Below, in pieces: positions 61,375-64,000 of a DNA stretch of 64,000 bases. Every line of letters starts with the position of its first letter. Position 1 is the first letter of the stretch. The position numbers were made by a program, and so were the translations under genes. The notes beneath the pieces are model-generated. The model made no database searches. It saw nothing but the letters and a program-made list of their open reading frames with translations, and was not told where the DNA came from. This stretch comes from Octopus sinensis (Eukaryota): NCBI RefSeq assembly GCF_006345805.1, contig NC_043003.1, forward strand, positions 22,196,001 to 22,260,000, in the 5' to 3' direction.

Positions 61375-61680
61375 ATGTGTGTGTGTGTGTGCATATGTGT
61401 GTATACTCTTGTCTTGACATCACATTATTGTAAACAAGCATCCCTGTCATACAAGTAAGGTTGTTCATTTCCAGTCTTATTTGAAAAACGTGTCTGACAT
61501 GGAAAATTATTACTTTGCTTTGAAACAGGTGACAGTTGGTGACAGGAAGGGCATCCAACTGTAGAAAACCTGCTTCAACAGATTTCATCTGATCCATGCT
61601 AGCATGGTAAAATGAAAGTTAAATGTTGATGATGACCAAGATGCTAACTAGAAAAATAATTGTTTGGTGTTACCAACTAT

Positions 61681-61927
61681 GTGGAGGCGCGTGGCTTAGT
61701 GGTTAGGGTATCAGCATCATGATCATAAGATTGTGGTTTCGATTCCTGGACTGGGCGACGTGTTGTGTTCTTAAGCAAAACACTTCATTTCACGTTGCTC
61801 CAGTCCACTTAGCTGGCAAAAATGAGTAACGCTGCGATGAACTGGTGTCCCGTCCAGCTGGGGAACACATACACCATTGAAACCGGGAAACTGGGCCCAT
61901 GAGCCTCGCTAGGCTTTAAAAGGGCGT
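61681..61927 (+). mobile_element. tRNA-derived SINE, CORE-like domain plus V-domain-like tail
   Basis: GGAGGCGCGTGGCTTAGTGGTTAGG..TTTCGATTCC head, then GCTGCGATGAACTGGTGTCCCGTCCAG..GAAACCGGG. Domain names are from memory. Confidence 0.75.
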
Positions 61928-62201
61928 ATTTGTTTTATTTTTTATTACCAACTATAAATTAAGAACTTTATGGAATCTTGATTGTCAGAAGTTTGGCTGA
62001 TTTCAGCCACATGCTCTGCCCATCTTGCTATGGTGTGTGATTTTATGTATTCTAAAATTGTTAGTGTTAGTGAGATTACAATTTTTCCAACCAATAATCT
62101 TAACTTTAGAAATGTAAGCCTTTTCGATGTTCATAATTCACAAGGGGAGTGGATTGGCAGAATTGTTAGAGCATTGGCATTGATGTGGTATTTAGTTACA
62201 G

Positions 62202-62432
62202 AAGGCGGTGAGCTGGCAGAAACGTTAGCATGCCGGTTAAAATGCTTTGCTGTATTTCGTCTGCCACTACGTTCGGAGTTCAAATTCCGCCAAGGTTGAC
62301 TTTGCCTTTCATCCTCTCGGGGTTGATTAAATAAGTACCAGTTACGCACTGGTGTCGATATAATCAACTTAATCCATTTGTCTGTCCTTGTTTGTCCCCT
62401 CTGTTCAGCCCCTTGTGGGCAGTAAAGAAATA
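62202..62432 (+). mobile_element. SINE family B, full length, inserted into an older B copy
   Basis: Perfect 15-bp TSD GGTATTTAGTTACAG at 62187-62201 and 62433-62447. Confidence 0.95.
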
Positions 62433-63049
62433 GGTATTTAGTTACAGTGTTTTATGTTCTGTGTTCAAATTCTGCTGGGGTTGACTTTGCTTTTTATCCA
62501 TTCATTGTCAGTAAAAGTTACAAACCAAGTGTTGGAATTGATGTAACCAACTATAATTTGTATCTTACATTGAGACTTTATTCTGGTCGTATATCTAGTG
62601 AATAATAATATTACCTTTTGTTTAGAAATAAAAGTTGTTCAAATCCAGTCTGGGTCAGTACACATCCAAGAATAACGCATGCACATACACGTGGCAGGCT
62701 TCTTTCAGTTTCTGGTGACCAAATCTACTTGTAAAGCTTTGACTGGACTGGGTCTGTAGTAGTAAACATTTGCCGAAGATGCTATACCATGGGATTGAAC
62801 CCACAACCACATGGTTAGGAAGCAAGCTTCTTAACCATACTGCTATGCTTGAGTATCTTTTTGAACAAACGAAAAAAAAGACTCTTCAGTTCCTTAGTGT
62901 TCTTTTTTTTTTCTTTTTTTCAGCTGATTGCATAAATAGTGAAATTTGAAACCATTTTGTACTGCAAACAAATTATTTTTTAAAAAATATGTAAACAGGA
63001 AATAAAGACTGAAATGTAATTCAAATTATTTATCCTTCTATCTTTGCAG

Positions 63050-63088
63050 GACTTGTGAAGAGATGAAAGACAGACCATTCTGTTATTG
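63050..63088 (+). CDS. Candidate 39-nt exon, product unknown
   Basis: tatccttctatctttgcag|GACTTGT...TGTTATTG|gtaagtt. Only the phase 2-2 frame is open: TCEEMKDRPFCY(W/C). Contains an ATG at 63063. Confidence 0.5.
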
Positions 63089-63289
63089 GTAAGTTTTAAT
63101 GATGTCGTTTAATTATGGTTGAGAGAGAGAGAGAGACAAGTTTGTGTGAAGACTTCAAGTTAAAAAATTTTATGATACCATTCAAATGAAGTACAAACGT
63201 ACTTTAAATAGTTTTCTATCTTAGAATTTTATTTATTTTAAAGAAAAATTATGTTAAGCATAAATTAGCTTTTATTATTATTATTGATG

Positions 63290-63945
63290 AGTTGGCAGAA
63301 ATGCTAGCATACTGGTAAAAATGCTTAGTGGCATTTTCTCTGACTTTACGTTATGAGTTCAAATTTGACTTTCATCCTGTTGGAGTTGGCAAATTAAGTA
63401 TCAGTTGAGCACTGGGATCAATGTAGTTGCCTTACTCCCTCCCCCGAAATTACTGGCCTTGTGCTAAAATTTGAAATCATCATTATTATTATTCCAGTAG
63501 TGAACCTACAGAATTGTTAGCACTTAGCTGCATCATTTCATCTAGGTCTGTCTTTACATTCTGAGCTCAAACCTCACTGATGTCAACTTTTTTCATTCTT
63601 GCTGGGTCAATAAAATAAAGCACCAAAGAGCTGGGACCAATGTAATCAACTTGCTTCTCTCCTAAAAAATTGCTGACCTTGTGCCAAGATGTGAAATAAT
63701 AATAATAATAATATAATAATAACAATAATAATAATTTCTGCTATAGGCACAAGGCCTGAAAATTTTTTTGTGGGGCTACTTGATAACATTGACCCAAGTG
63801 ATGAACTGGTGTTAATTTGATTGACCTCATATGGATGAAAAGCGAAGTTGATCTCAGCAGTATTTGAACTCAGAACGTAAAAATACATGAAGCACTACTA
63901 AGCATTTTGGCTAGCATGCTAATGATTCTGTCAGCTTGCCACCAT
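63290..63945. mobile_element. Cluster of three diverged SINE B2 copies (+, +, -)
   Basis: Heads near 63290 and 63495 (+) and near 63945 (-), joined through (ATT)/(AAT)n tails. Confidence 0.75.
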
Positions 63946-64000
63946 ATTAGAGAGCACTCACCTCTGCCAAGGCAACACCAACATCCTCTCAACGATTAGC

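Overview
Eukaryotic, AT-rich, repeat-dense DNA. The repeat families look like those of octopods (Octopus sp.); this comes from recalled repeat sequences, not a database search. There is no long genuine ORF: almost every entry in the ORF track is a microsatellite, SINE or transposon read-through. The window holds (i) many tRNA-headed SINEs of at least four families, several with clean target-site duplications (TSDs); (ii) 5'-truncated RTE-clade LINE 3' ends; (iii) decayed DNA transposons (two DD37D/maT, mariner, hAT-Charlie, several MITEs, a Helitron); (iv) a CpG-retaining promoter-like domain at about 6.8-14.3 kb; and (v) a few short candidate exons, suggesting most of the window is intron of a + strand gene whose product I cannot name. 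The most striking structure is a set of Penelope-type minimal hammerhead ribozyme motifs (29.4, 44.1, 56.5 and 56.9 kb). Two of them sit in a 473-bp palindromic insertion with a 13-bp TSD that fuses a tRNA-derived Pol III head to the hammerhead. Also notable: a perfect oestrogen-response-element palindrome with a second imperfect one at 28.6 kb, two isolated 29-bp hairpins, and several inverted and tandem duplications. Coordinates of old repeats are approximate, and many additional diverged SINE fragments are not listed individually.
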